Assembly (NCBI GenBank): GCA_040776945.1
Contig: JAXGZN010000001.1
Span: forward strand, 704,001-768,000
Reading direction: 5' to 3'
Origin: Methanomassiliicoccaceae archaeon
GTDB taxonomy: Archaea; Thermoplasmatota; Thermoplasmata; Methanomassiliicoccales; Methanomassiliicoccaceae
Length of the DNA stretch: 64,000 bases
Numbering within the stretch: the first letter of the stretch is position 1; the number at the start of each line of letters is the position of its first letter. Made by a program: the position numbers and the translations under genes. The notes beneath the pieces were generated by a model. The model was not told the origin of the DNA. It saw nothing but the letters and a program-made list of their open reading frames with translations, and searched no databases. Shown here piece after piece: positions 1-9,383 of the stretch.

Positions 1-1
1 C

Positions 2-733
2 TCGCTGCGCGCGCCGGCGGCCACGGAGATCGAGGTGCGGGGCGGGACCAACGTGCAGATGTCGCCGCCGGCGGACTACTACCTCAACGTCCTCATTCCC
101 CTGCTAGGCAGAATGGGCTACGATGTCCAGATGGACCTCCTCTCCCGTGGGTTCTATCCCCAAGGAGGGGGCGCGGTGCGTGCGTCCATCGCCCCTTGCC
201 TCGGCCTCATGGCGCTGGACCTGGGAGAGCGGGGCAGGCTGGTGGAGGTGGGAGGGGAGTGCTTCACCCAGAACCTGCCGGAGCATGTCGCCCACCGCAT
301 GGAGGACGCTGTCCGGCAATCGCTCGTGGACCATGAGCTCAGGCTCCGGACGCGCCGTACCACCGGCCATTCCACCGGGGCCGGGACGGCGCTGTACGCG
401 AGGTACCAGAACACCGTGCTTGGCGCCGACGGGCTCGGGAAGAAGGGGGTGCCGGCGGAGCGGGTGGGGGAGGAGGCGGCGGCCAGGCTCCGGCAGGAGA
501 TGGACGGCCCGGGCACTCTGGACGTGCACGCCGCCGATCAGCTCCTTCCGTACATGGCCTTGGCCGGCGGCCCCTCGGCGTTCAGGGTGCGGGAGGTCAC
601 CGAGCACCTCACGACCCAGATGTGGCTGCTCCGGCAGTTCCTGGACGTCGAGTTCGTGATGGAGCGGGACAGGAGGGGAGCGAGGGTCGAAGTGATGCCT
701 ACCCGTACATCCCGGGAGGGGCGACCCGCCTGA
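2..733 (+). CDS. rtcA: RNA 3'-terminal phosphate cyclase (5'-truncated by window edge)
   Basis: Motifs GGTNV..SP, RGFYPQGGG and D.HAADQLLPYMAL; the frame is open back to position 2. Confidence 0.9.
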   Translation, partial: SLRAPAATEIEVRGGTNVQMSPPADYYLNVLIPLLGRMGYDVQMDLLSRGFYPQGGGAVRASIAPCLGLMALDLGERGRLVEVGGECFTQNLPEHVAHRMEDAVRQSLVDHELRLRTRRTTGHSTGAGTALYARYQNTVLGADGLGKKGVPAERVGEEAAARLRQEMDGPGTLDVHAADQLLPYMALAGGPSAFRVREVTEHLTTQMWLLRQFLDVEFVMERDRRGARVEVMPTRTSREGRPA

Positions 734-1466
734 GCTCGGTCTCCTTGCCCGCCTTCTCGTACATGTCCTTGAGGCTGTCCTCTATGGCCTCCGCCTCCTT
801 CACCAGCGGCCCGATGTCCAGCAGGTCCTTGAGCACAAGGCGGTTGATCGCCTTGGTCACCGCCGCTGCCGCCCGGGCGTCGGGGAACTCGGTGCTCGCC
901 TCCGAGAGAATGGTTATCACGTCGAAGATGCGGTTCACCCCCTCGTTCAGCAGTACGCCGGAGAGCCCGACGATCACCCCTCCCTCGAATATGTCGACCC
1001 CGTTGTCCTTCAGCAGCCCTCTTGCCTCGGGGGTGGAGCCGACCCCCAGCACAAGGCCGCTGCCGTCGGCGTTCGGCGGCCGCCCGCTCTGCTTGGTGCT
1101 TATCCCCTCCGGGGAGATGATCATCCGGCACTTGTGGTCCTCCGCCCAGTCCATTATCGTCCTTCCCAGGTCCTTGATGATGTGCGGAGGGGGCTGAAAC
1201 TCCGAGACGAACACCACCAGACGGTCGCCGTCGTCACCGATCTCCCCGGCGTAGATGCGCACCGGGCTGTTGGGCACCCCGTTCCTTATCATGGACACCG
1301 CGGGGAAGGTGTCCGAGTCCACCACCGCGATCTGCCTCAGGCCAAGGGAGCCGACGATGTAGTTGGCGACTATGGAACCGACCAGGCCGATGGAGGGGAA
1401 CCCGTCGAGCACATAGGCGCCGCGGAGGTTCATCTCCTCTATCTCGATGATCTTGATGTAGCTCAT
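699..1466 (-). CDS. PAC2-family proteasome assembly chaperone
   Basis: GFPSIGLVGSIVANYI and PDARAAA motifs; start placed at MSYIKIIE (ATG 1466) within the longer ORF. Confidence 0.85.
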   Translation of the reverse strand: MSYIKIIEIEEMNLRGAYVLDGFPSIGLVGSIVANYIVGSLGLRQIAVVDSDTFPAVSMIRNGVPNSPVRIYAGEIGDDGDRLVVFVSEFQPPPHIIKDLGRTIMDWAEDHKCRMIISPEGISTKQSGRPPNADGSGLVLGVGSTPEARGLLKDNGVDIFEGGVIVGLSGVLLNEGVNRIFDVITILSEASTEFPDARAAAAVTKAINRLVLKDLLDIGPLVKEAEAIEDSLKDMYEKAGKETELRRVAPPGMYG

Positions 1467-1568
1467 GCTGTTCCGATTCCAACCACGACGTAATAAAAAG
1501 TTGTCCGGCACGGCCCCTCGTCCAGCGCCTGGGGAAAGATTATACTTCGGGGCACCGTATTCAGAGCC

Positions 1569-2207
1569 GTGAGACCGACCGTCACCGTGAACTGCGCCAT
1601 GACCGCCGACGGCAAGATCGCCGGACGCTCCAGGAGGCAGCTCAGGATATCGTCGCCCGAGGACCTGGCAAGGGTGAAGGAGCTGCGGGCGGCCTCCGGC
1701 GCCATCCTGGTCGGCGTGGGCACGGTGATCGCGGACGATCCGCACCTGACGGTGAAAGATCTTCCGCCGGAGCGCAACCCCCTGAGGGTGGTCCTCGACC
1801 CTCGCGGCCGCACGCCGGACGGCGCGCGGGTCCTGGACGGCCGGGCCCGGACGCTCATCGTGACCTCGGAGGATTGCGAGCGGAACTGGGAGGGAGCGGA
1901 GACGCTGAGGGCCGGGAAGGGGAGGATCGACCTGGAGCTGATGCTGTCCCGCCTGCACGAGCGCGGAGTTCGTGACCTCATGGTCGAGGGGGGCGGCGAG
2001 ACCATCTTCTCGTTCTTCGAGAGCGGCCTCGTCGACCGCTACATGGTCTTCGTCGGCAGCATGATCGTCGGCGGCCGTGGCTCACCTACCCCCGCCGACG
2101 GCGACGGACTGCCCGAGGACCGCCCGGTGCGCCTACGCCTTGCCGGCTGCCGGCGCCTGGGCGACGGCGTGCTGCTCACGTATGAGGTCGGACATGGAGC
2201 GCCCTAG
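1569..2207 (+). CDS. arfC: 2,5-diamino-6-ribosylamino-4(3H)-pyrimidinone 5'-phosphate reductase (RibD C-terminal domain, archaeal riboflavin pathway)
   Basis: AMTADGKIA, ILVGVGTVIADDPHLTV and MVEGGGE motifs. Confidence 0.88.
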   Translation: MRPTVTVNCAMTADGKIAGRSRRQLRISSPEDLARVKELRAASGAILVGVGTVIADDPHLTVKDLPPERNPLRVVLDPRGRTPDGARVLDGRARTLIVTSEDCERNWEGAETLRAGKGRIDLELMLSRLHERGVRDLMVEGGGETIFSFFESGLVDRYMVFVGSMIVGGRGSPTPADGDGLPEDRPVRLRLAGCRRLGDGVLLTYEVGHGAP

Positions 2208-2658
2208 GTTCCTGGCCGACGAGATGCTGGGCACCCTGGCCAGGTGGCTGAGGATGATGGGCTACGACACCGAGTACGCGCGGGACCTTCTTGACAACGA
2301 GGTGCTCGAGCTGGCCAGGGCCGGGGGGCGCATCGTTCTGACCAGGGACCGGCAGCTCGCGGGGCGCGCCGGGAACGGAGGTCTGTTCATCACCAGCGAC
2401 GTGCTGGACGAGCAGTTGGAACAGGTGGTCTCGTTCTTCGGCCTGAGCGGCGGCGCACCGCTCACCAGGTGCACGGTGTGCAACGCGGAGCTCGAGCGGG
2501 CCGGTCGGGAGGCCATGGCCGGCAGGGTGCCGGACCGGGTGCTGTCGGCGCACCACGAGTTCTTCGTCTGCCCGAGGTGCGGACAAGTGTATTGGAAGGG
2601 CACCCACTGGACCAGCATAGTCCAGAGGATGGACAGGCTTCGTTCTCAGAGCCGATAG
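2194..2658 (+). CDS. Mut7-C RNase (PIN domain plus zinc ribbon) protein
   Basis: FLADEMLGTLARWLRMMGYD, LTRDR, RCTVCN and CPRCGQVYWKGTHW. Confidence 0.88.
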   Translation: MERPRFLADEMLGTLARWLRMMGYDTEYARDLLDNEVLELARAGGRIVLTRDRQLAGRAGNGGLFITSDVLDEQLEQVVSFFGLSGGAPLTRCTVCNAELERAGREAMAGRVPDRVLSAHHEFFVCPRCGQVYWKGTHWTSIVQRMDRLRSQSR

Positions 2659-3578
2659 TAGTCCTCACTGACGATCTTGCCGGAGCTGGCATTGACGATG
2701 ATTATGCCATGGACCCCTTCCACACACCATATCGGTATGTAATATATCCCGCGGTCCTCCAGGTGTATCTCCGCCTCGCGCGGGGTGACCCTCCGCTTCT
2801 CGGTGATGGTGACATGGTTCTCCTCGCGGATGCTCTCTTTGTCGTACGAGTTCACTCGCACAAGCTCGCGCTTCGCGATCCGCCTGGCGTCCTCGGTGGT
2901 TATGGCCGGCTCGAGGGTGCGATGGCTTATCTCCAGGGCGTAAACGACCTCGGTGCGGTCGTTCCACGATTCTACCTTGTGGGTTAGGGCGTTCACCGAG
3001 AGCGTTCCCCGCTCCACGCCCACCTTCTCCTCGCCCATGTAGAGCGGGCAGATGTAGCCGTAAACGTAATGGGGAACGAGCTCGAGGCGATATCGGAACC
3101 CGGATACGGTCTTGCGCGACAGCTCCCGGATGTCCTCGACCCCGAGCACTGGACGCACGATGCGCTCTCCCACCGAGGCGTCCTTGACGTCCTCGAGCAG
3201 CTCGGGCGAGACCAGACGGGGATAGTCCTCGGCCATCAGCTCGTCCACCAGTCCGTGGTCCCGCTCGCCGACGACGCGCTCGATCCGCGTCCTCCCGATC
3301 TCGTGCTCCAACGCGCCCCGGTCCCATACCGTCACCGAGCGGTCCAGGCCGTCCAGGAAGGCCGGGGGGATCGCCTCCAGGGTGGCGATCACTTTCTTGC
3401 CCCTGTGCCCCCTGCATTTTGCTATGAACGCATCGGCAGCAGCGCGGTCGACCGTGCCCATGAGGAATAAGAGAACTTCCTGGCCGTTCTTGCGGGCGAC
3501 CATGTGACCATCCCGCTCGATCACCTCGAAGTCACGAGCCTGCAAGATCTCCGCGACCACCTTGGCCAAGGATGTCAA
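2646..3578 (-). CDS. hypothetical protein (possible N-terminal restriction-endonuclease-like fold)
   Basis: 310-aa ORF with host-like codon usage and an AT-rich promoter-like region upstream; fold guess is weak. Confidence 0.7.
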   Translation of the reverse strand: MTSLAKVVAEILQARDFEVIERDGHMVARKNGQEVLLFLMGTVDRAAADAFIAKCRGHRGKKVIATLEAIPPAFLDGLDRSVTVWDRGALEHEIGRTRIERVVGERDHGLVDELMAEDYPRLVSPELLEDVKDASVGERIVRPVLGVEDIRELSRKTVSGFRYRLELVPHYVYGYICPLYMGEEKVGVERGTLSVNALTHKVESWNDRTEVVYALEISHRTLEPAITTEDARRIAKRELVRVNSYDKESIREENHVTITEKRRVTPREAEIHLEDRGIYYIPIWCVEGVHGIIIVNASSGKIVSEDYYRL

Positions 3579-3730
3579 GAACGCACCCTGGCCCCCATAA
3601 TGGTGGGGTCATAAATACGTTTCCAGGAGCCTCAGGAACAGGGCACGCAATGGCCGGTTCCCAGTCCCTGGCCTGGGCATCGTGCCCTTTATCTATTCGA
3701 ACGACCTAGCGCTGAGGGAGAGGTTTTTCG

Positions 3731-6079
3731 GTGGACCGCAAGATGCTGGCCGCTGCCCTGATAGTGGTCTTGCTAATAGCCTCCGGTCTCGCCGCCGCGC
3801 TGCTGCTAACGCCAGGCCGGGGAAGCACGCCTCCGCTGGAGGAGCGGCGTTCCGTGCGAGCATGGGTCGACCTTTCCTCCGTCGCGGCCGGACCGGTTCG
3901 GGACGAGGACCGTTGGGGGAGCGTGGAGACCTTCGCCGGTTCGAGGTCCGGGACGTTGAGCTATTATCGTCAAGTGTCCCTCCGCCAGACCGCGGCGACC
4001 GAGTGCGTCTTACTGGGAGGCGAGGTTTGGTGCATGATGCGCTCCAACACGACCGATGAGGTCCTGATGCGATACACGCCGACCGTCCGGGGCCCGGGGT
4101 GGAACATCTCCTTCGAGTGCTATGCTCCTCAGGCGGGCGACGCCCTTGATCCTGCCAGAGGAGAGAAGCAGATCGGCCTGACCGGCGCCTTGATCGACCG
4201 CCGGGGCATCGCGCTCGCCGCTGTGGACCTGTCCTACGGTACGCCGGACGAGAACTACGTAAGGCTTCGGGACGCTGGAGCCGGGAACGCCACCTATTTC
4301 AGCGAGTCCATGCTCCCCTCGGCCACGTACCGGAACGAGAGGGAGGGCTTCGCCTCGGAGCGTTACCTGGTCTCGTTCCAGAGCATGGGCGATGGTCTCT
4401 GCACGATCACGGTGCTGCACACCTCCGGAACGATGGTCGGTAGGGGCGCCGTGACCATCCCTCCAGCGTGGGAGGGGCCGGCGCAGCTGGTGCTGAGCAC
4501 CACCTCCAAGGTGCTGGTGGTCCAGAGCACCGACCCGGCGGTACCGTGGATGACGGACACTCACAGCGGTGCGTGGATCGTTGACAATCTGGCATGCCGC
4601 GGCGCCACCGCCCCCTATCCCCTTGCGGGCCCGCTCTACGGTTATGCCTCCGATGCTTCCTCCGTACCATCTGGAAGCTTCCCGGCTGGCGCCCCGCGCG
4701 GGGACGCGGAGGTTACCATCGATGGTGTCAAGGCGGCGTTCAACGCCGCCACCGGAAGGTACGAGGCGGATGTGGCCGCCCGCACCATATGGGGTATGGG
4801 CGTGAACTACACCATATTGCTGGACGGCGTCACAGTGAACGACTCGATGGAGCTGACCACGACCCTCACGGCCCCCCACGCGACCGTCAGCGAATGGTGG
4901 AACGGTTGGGACTGGGTCAGCGTGTTCGGGCTGGACGACTGCGGGGGCCCGGACAGCGCCCTTAGCTCTTACCGGGACTACCACCACCCCCTTACTGCCT
5001 ACGTGATGTACGTAGGAGGGTCGTCCTCCCAGACCCTGGCATATCCATACTTGGAGATAGGGCTGCACGCCCCGCACGATTGGCAGGGAGGAGCGATAAA
5101 GTTCTGGCGCGACGCTGCCAGGCAAGCCGACGACGGTGTGGGCATGCTGAGGGAAAACTACACCTTCGCCAGTCGATGGGACGCGCCCGCCAACGGGGGG
5201 AGGGGAGATACATACATCTCAATGGCCAATCCCGGGAACAAGGCCACCTACCAGCAACTGTACGCGCTGTACGCGGCCGGCATTCGCATCGACGGACGCT
5301 CCTCGGACAAGGAGGCGGGGTCCCCGGGGAACCATACCCAACTGGGCTCGTGGTACGACGCCGGAGGGTATCAAGGCACCGGTGCCGGGTGGACGGCCTA
5401 CCGGCCGATGGATCTCATGGACGCGGCCCGCCTGCTCAGCTGGGACCATGAACGGCCGTGGAACGAATCTTTCGGCCTCGTTAACAGCGTCGCGGAGAAC
5501 CATGGCGTGCTGCGGGTCTATGGGCACCCCAACCGGGCCATCTCCATGCCCGAGCTGCTCCACTGGATCGACGACCCTAAGACCAACTACTCGCTGGAGA
5601 ACTGGAAGGCGACCGACGGGGAGGTCGCCAGCTACATCTACGGGCGATGGTCCACGAGCCTGAGCTACGACACCGGACGCTCGGACGCGTCTACCTGGAC
5701 GTACAACGTCGGCCGGGGCAGCGCCGCCGATGCGGGAGTGTGGAACGTGCCGGTCACCATAGCCATCGATATCCATGGCAGGACGGTAAGGGACATCACG
5801 GTCAAGGACGGGGGAAGGACGATGAGGATGAGCAGCGGCTCTCTGACCGATCTGCACGGCGCCAGGATCATGGATTCTGGGTACGACCTCAGGAATGGGA
5901 TGCTATACGTGTCCGGCATGTGGGCCAACGGCTCTAGCATCTCGGTGACCTTCGCCGACCCTGCCCCTTCGGCCCTTGAAGTGGCATGCTCGGCGCCCCT
6001 GATCATGCGGGCTGATCGACCAGCAGGAACATATCGCGGCGGAGACATGATGGCGGTATGGACCCCTGCCGCTCAGTGA
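3731..6079 (+). CDS. secreted or membrane-anchored protein with a probable polysaccharide-deacetylase-like (CE4) domain
   Basis: N-terminal hydrophobic signal; FGLDD, EIGLHAPH and VYGHP motifs resemble NodB/CE4 metal-binding motifs. Confidence 0.6.
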   Translation: MDRKMLAAALIVVLLIASGLAAALLLTPGRGSTPPLEERRSVRAWVDLSSVAAGPVRDEDRWGSVETFAGSRSGTLSYYRQVSLRQTAATECVLLGGEVWCMMRSNTTDEVLMRYTPTVRGPGWNISFECYAPQAGDALDPARGEKQIGLTGALIDRRGIALAAVDLSYGTPDENYVRLRDAGAGNATYFSESMLPSATYRNEREGFASERYLVSFQSMGDGLCTITVLHTSGTMVGRGAVTIPPAWEGPAQLVLSTTSKVLVVQSTDPAVPWMTDTHSGAWIVDNLACRGATAPYPLAGPLYGYASDASSVPSGSFPAGAPRGDAEVTIDGVKAAFNAATGRYEADVAARTIWGMGVNYTILLDGVTVNDSMELTTTLTAPHATVSEWWNGWDWVSVFGLDDCGGPDSALSSYRDYHHPLTAYVMYVGGSSSQTLAYPYLEIGLHAPHDWQGGAIKFWRDAARQADDGVGMLRENYTFASRWDAPANGGRGDTYISMANPGNKATYQQLYALYAAGIRIDGRSSDKEAGSPGNHTQLGSWYDAGGYQGTGAGWTAYRPMDLMDAARLLSWDHERPWNESFGLVNSVAENHGVLRVYGHPNRAISMPELLHWIDDPKTNYSLENWKATDGEVASYIYGRWSTSLSYDTGRSDASTWTYNVGRGSAADAGVWNVPVTIAIDIHGRTVRDITVKDGGRTMRMSSGSLTDLHGARIMDSGYDLRNGMLYVSGMWANGSSISVTFADPAPSALEVACSAPLIMRADRPAGTYRGGDMMAVWTPAAQ

Positions 6080-6456
6080 GGCTGTCCGGCGCGATCGTGA
6101 TCGTGATAGGCGCCGCCCTCATGGCATATGCAGCACTGGAGGGAGAGCTGTCCTTCGCCCTGGTGCTGATAGTGCCAGTTATCTACGGCTCCGGGCCGCT
6201 GGCCGCTCTGGCCGCCCTCATGGTCTTCGCCGGCGCGGCGCTCGTTTTCCTGTCGTTCCTCCTGGCCGCGGTTCGTGCAGGCGCCGAACCGGCGCCGGGA
6301 AGGAAAGTGAAGGAATGGGGCGCGGTGGTCCTGATCGGACCGGTGCCCATAATCATCGGGTCGGGCGGAGCGTTGAGGAGCAAATGGGCGCTCGTCCTGC
6401 TGGCCATCCTCTCCTTTCTCTTTTTTGCGCTGTTCCTTCTCATCTATCTTCGGTGA
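6058..6456 (+). CDS. DUF131 (TIGR00304-like) membrane protein
   Basis: GAVVLIGPVPIIIGS motif and several TM helices. Confidence 0.8.
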   Translation: MDPCRSVRLSGAIVIVIGAALMAYAALEGELSFALVLIVPVIYGSGPLAALAALMVFAGAALVFLSFLLAAVRAGAEPAPGRKVKEWGAVVLIGPVPIIIGSGGALRSKWALVLLAILSFLFFALFLLIYLR

Positions 6457-6655
6457 GCCGCCGGGCGCACGCCTCGGTGCTCTCGCCTTTGCGGCGGGAG
6501 CCCCTGACCTCCGAGGTTATGAGGACGTAGCGCTCGAAATCAAGGCCCCGGTTGCGCAGCACCCGCCCTAGAGCGTGCTCCACCTCCTCCTTGCGCAGCT
6601 TGACGTCAAGCGCTTCCTTCAGCAGCTTCAGGTCCTCGGCGCTCAGCGGTGCCAT
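6440..6655 (-). CDS. small hypothetical protein
   Basis: 71-aa helical ORF overlapping the guaAA stop, host-like codons. Confidence 0.6.
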   Translation of the reverse strand: MAPLSAEDLKLLKEALDVKLRKEEVEHALGRVLRNRGLDFERYVLITSEVRGSRRKGESTEACARRLTEDR

Positions 6656-7215
6656 TCCTCGACCACCTTCAGGAAGTTCTTGAAGATCTCATAGCCGTGC
6701 TCGGTGTTCTCCACCTCGGGATGGAACTGCAGGCCGTAGAACGGTCGGTCCTTGACCTTGATGGCCTCCACCGGGCAATCGATGGTGTGGGCGAGCACCT
6801 CGAAGCTTTCCGGCACCCGCTTCACCTCGTCATTGTGGCTCTGCCATACCACGAACTCCTTCGGCAGCCCGAGGAAGATGTCGTCCTCTTGGTCGACCGT
6901 CAGCGTGGCCTTCCCGAACTCCGGCCTTCCCGCGGGAGCGGTGGCGCCGCCAAAGTGGTTGGTCATGAAGTGGAGGCCAGCGCATATGCCGAGTATCGGA
7001 AAATCGGCGCGGTCAAGGTACTCGCCGTTGCGGCCCATCTTCTCGTTCTCGTCGGCGACGTGCGGAGACCCGCCGGAGAGCACCAGGGCGTCGACGTCCA
7101 ACCGTTCCAAGGGCGTGGTGTTCGGCACGATCTTGGTCTCCACGTCCAGATACTTCAGCACCCGCCATTCACGGTGGGTCCATTGGCCGCCGTTGTCCAC
7201 GACGTAGACGCGCAT
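6643..7215 (-). CDS. guaAA: GMP synthase subunit A (glutamine amidotransferase)
   Basis: VDNGGQWTH, PILGICAG (catalytic Cys) and QFHPE. Confidence 0.95.
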   Translation of the reverse strand: MRVYVVDNGGQWTHREWRVLKYLDVETKIVPNTTPLERLDVDALVLSGGSPHVADENEKMGRNGEYLDRADFPILGICAGLHFMTNHFGGATAPAGRPEFGKATLTVDQEDDIFLGLPKEFVVWQSHNDEVKRVPESFEVLAHTIDCPVEAIKVKDRPFYGLQFHPEVENTEHGYEIFKNFLKVVEEWHR

Positions 7216-7315
7216 GGGATTTGTGAAGACAAGCGCTTAGATAAACACTCTCATTCACCTGGAACGTGACTGAAAAAAGACGGTTTATCTACTTGTCCGC
7301 CATTGTAAAAAGGCG

Positions 7316-8029
7316 ATGAAAGCGGTTCTGTTCGACCTCGGCCACACGCTCATCGACTACTATTGTGACTGGAAGGCCCCTGAGGACCGCGGCATCGCCG
7401 GCATATATGAAATCGTCCGCGAGTCCGCATCTAGGGTGGACCGCCAGGAGTTCACTGACTTCCTGGCGGAAAGGCTGCGCCGGTCCAGGAGCATGAAGTT
7501 CGACCATTATGTGGAGATCCCCCTGGCCGACCTAATGGGGGAATGTCTGGACCGGTACGGATGCTTGGACGAGGACAACCTCCAGAGAAGCCTGGAGGTG
7601 TTCTATGGGGTGCTTCTGGAGGACCGGCAGTTGGTCAACGGAGCGGTGGAGCTTCTGGCCTCGATCAAGGACCGCGGTCTGAGCGTCGGCCTGATCTCGG
7701 ACGTGGCGTGGGGTTTGCCGTCAGAGTTCCCCATGCGGGACATCCGGCACTTCGGGATGGACCGCTACTTCGACGACTACGTGTTCAGCACCGACGTCGG
7801 CCTCCGGAAGCCGCACCCCAAGATGTTCAAGATCGCGTTGTCGAACCTTGGCGTCGACGCGTCGGAGGCGATGTACGTAGGCAACTCGCTGGCCCAGGAC
7901 ATCAAGGGCGCGAAGGGCGTGGGCATCAAGGCGGTGCTGAAGTGCTCGGCCTTCTGCCCCCAGGCCGAAGGGGTCGTCCCCGACCACACCGTGGGGACGC
8001 TGGCGGAGATCGAGGGGCTGCTCGAGTAG
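7316..8029 (+). CDS. HAD-superfamily hydrolase
   Basis: FDLGHTL motif I, RKPHP, YVGNSLAQDIKGA. Confidence 0.88.
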   Translation: MKAVLFDLGHTLIDYYCDWKAPEDRGIAGIYEIVRESASRVDRQEFTDFLAERLRRSRSMKFDHYVEIPLADLMGECLDRYGCLDEDNLQRSLEVFYGVLLEDRQLVNGAVELLASIKDRGLSVGLISDVAWGLPSEFPMRDIRHFGMDRYFDDYVFSTDVGLRKPHPKMFKIALSNLGVDASEAMYVGNSLAQDIKGAKGVGIKAVLKCSAFCPQAEGVVPDHTVGTLAEIEGLLE

Positions 8030-8043
8030 GATTCGCACTTTCG

Positions 8044-9346
8044 GTGACCTCCCCCCGGAGGACGTATAAATTCGGTGGTACCAATCAATTTCGATGAGAA
8101 GGCTCACCTTCGAGTATCGGCTCTATCCTAACAAACAACAGGAAGCTTGCCTCATCCGGTCATTTTCTTCAGCCCAGGAGATGTACAACCTTCTGTTGGA
8201 GAAGGCCATCAGCGTTTATGAGACAGAGGGAAAAAGGCTGAGCAAATATGATATGTGCAAATATGTAAAAACCATTAAAGACCGGGACGAAACGTTCTAC
8301 GCGACCTATTCTCAAGTGCTTCAGAACTGCGCCGACCGGCTGTCAAAGGCTTTCGATAATTTCTTCAGGCGGGTAAAGGAGAACAAGGAGGGAAAGCGCC
8401 AGAAGCCAGGTTTCCCTAGGTTCAAGAGGTCGATCAAGAGCATTACATATCCTCAGGACGGATTCAAGATCGATCATGGCGGAAGGACGATCTCCATCTG
8501 CAAGATAGGAAGGGTCCGGGTCCGGCTACATCGGCCGATCATCGGACAGATAAAGACAATGACCATCGTGAGGCGGAGATCTGGAAAGTGGTTCGTTCTT
8601 TTCTCCTGCATCATCGATGATGAAACGGTTCCGCCGAAAAAGGGGCCGGAGATAGGTATCGACCTAGGGGTCCGGCATTTCATCACCACTTCCGAGGGCG
8701 AGCACATCGATCATCTGGTATTGTCGGACTATGAAAGAAGAAAGCTGAAACGGCTCTAGAGGAACATCGACAGGAAGCCGATGGGCAGTCATAACCGGGA
8801 GAAGGCCCGCATCACGTTCGCAAAAGCAAAAGAGAAGGAGACCGACCAGAGACATGATTTCCTTCACAAGATCAGCCGGGACCTGGTCGATAGGCATGGC
8901 ATCATCGCCCTGGAGTCGTTGGATATCAAGCAACTGATCCAGCTGAGCCCATGTCCGGATGATATCAATCGATCGGCCTGGGGGGGGGCCTGACACAGAT
9001 GATCGAGTACAAGGCTGAAAGTGCTGGTACTCGCCTGTTGTTCGTGGACAGGTATGACCCCACGTCCCAGATATGCTCTGGATGCAAAGAGATCGGGATG
9101 ATCGGCAGAAGACAGACCGTGTATCATTGTCCGAAATGTGGGCTCTCTTTGGACAGGGACATCAATGCCGCGATTAACATACTAAGGATAGCAAAAATTA
9201 GGGCGGGGCACGCCCGAAGTGACGCCTGGGGAGAGGGGACCTCCACATCTCAGATCGTTGAGATGCGAGTTCCCTCGTTGAACCCGGAACCAGAGGTCGG
9301 GACCGAGGTCCTGATCACCTCGTCTTTCAGATGTACTGGATGCCAC
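8044..9346 (+). mobile_element. tnpB-only IS200/IS605-family (IS1341-like) element, no tnpA
   Basis: Visibly lower-GC island containing tnpB. The right end reads ...TTTCAGATG-TACT-GGATGCCAC, resembling the GGATGTCAC-type ends of archaeal tnpB elements. The left boundary is approximate. Confidence 0.75.
8065..8071 (+). promoter_or_regulatory. TATA box of tnpB (probably leaderless transcript)
   Basis: TATAAAT ending 22 nt before ATG 8094. Confidence 0.5.
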
Positions 9347-9362
9347 TCCCACTCTATTGTTG
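9200..9362 (+). ncRNA. putative TnpB omega-RNA (reRNA) with a 16-nt 3' guide
   Basis: Overlaps the tnpB 3' end. Stems: GGGCG/CGCCC (9201-9215); GAGGGGAC...GTTCCCTC with inner CATCTC/GAGATG (9233-9276); GGTCGGGAC-CGAG-GTCCTGATC (9295-9316). The scaffold ends at GGATGCCAC (9346). Boundaries are inferred. Confidence 0.65.
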
Positions 9363-9383
9363 GTCACTCCCACTCTATTGTTG
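9342..9383. repeat. 21-bp tandem duplication G(C/T)CACTCCCACTCTATTGTTG
   Basis: 9342-9362 and 9363-9383 match at 20 of 21 positions; the second copy is the guaAB 3' end on the minus strand. Confidence 0.95.

Noticed and set aside
1467-1958. N-terminal extension of the PAC2 ORF (419 aa in the track)
   Set aside because: It overlaps the divergent arfC gene and its AT-rich promoter; family similarity begins at MSYIK
8027-8047. Amber readthrough fusing the HAD gene to tnpB
   Set aside because: The frame hits TGA six codons after the TAG and is not the tnpB frame
9342-9383. Tandem repeat read as a mini CRISPR array
   Set aside because: There are only two abutting copies, no spacers and no cas genes, and one copy is the guaAB coding end
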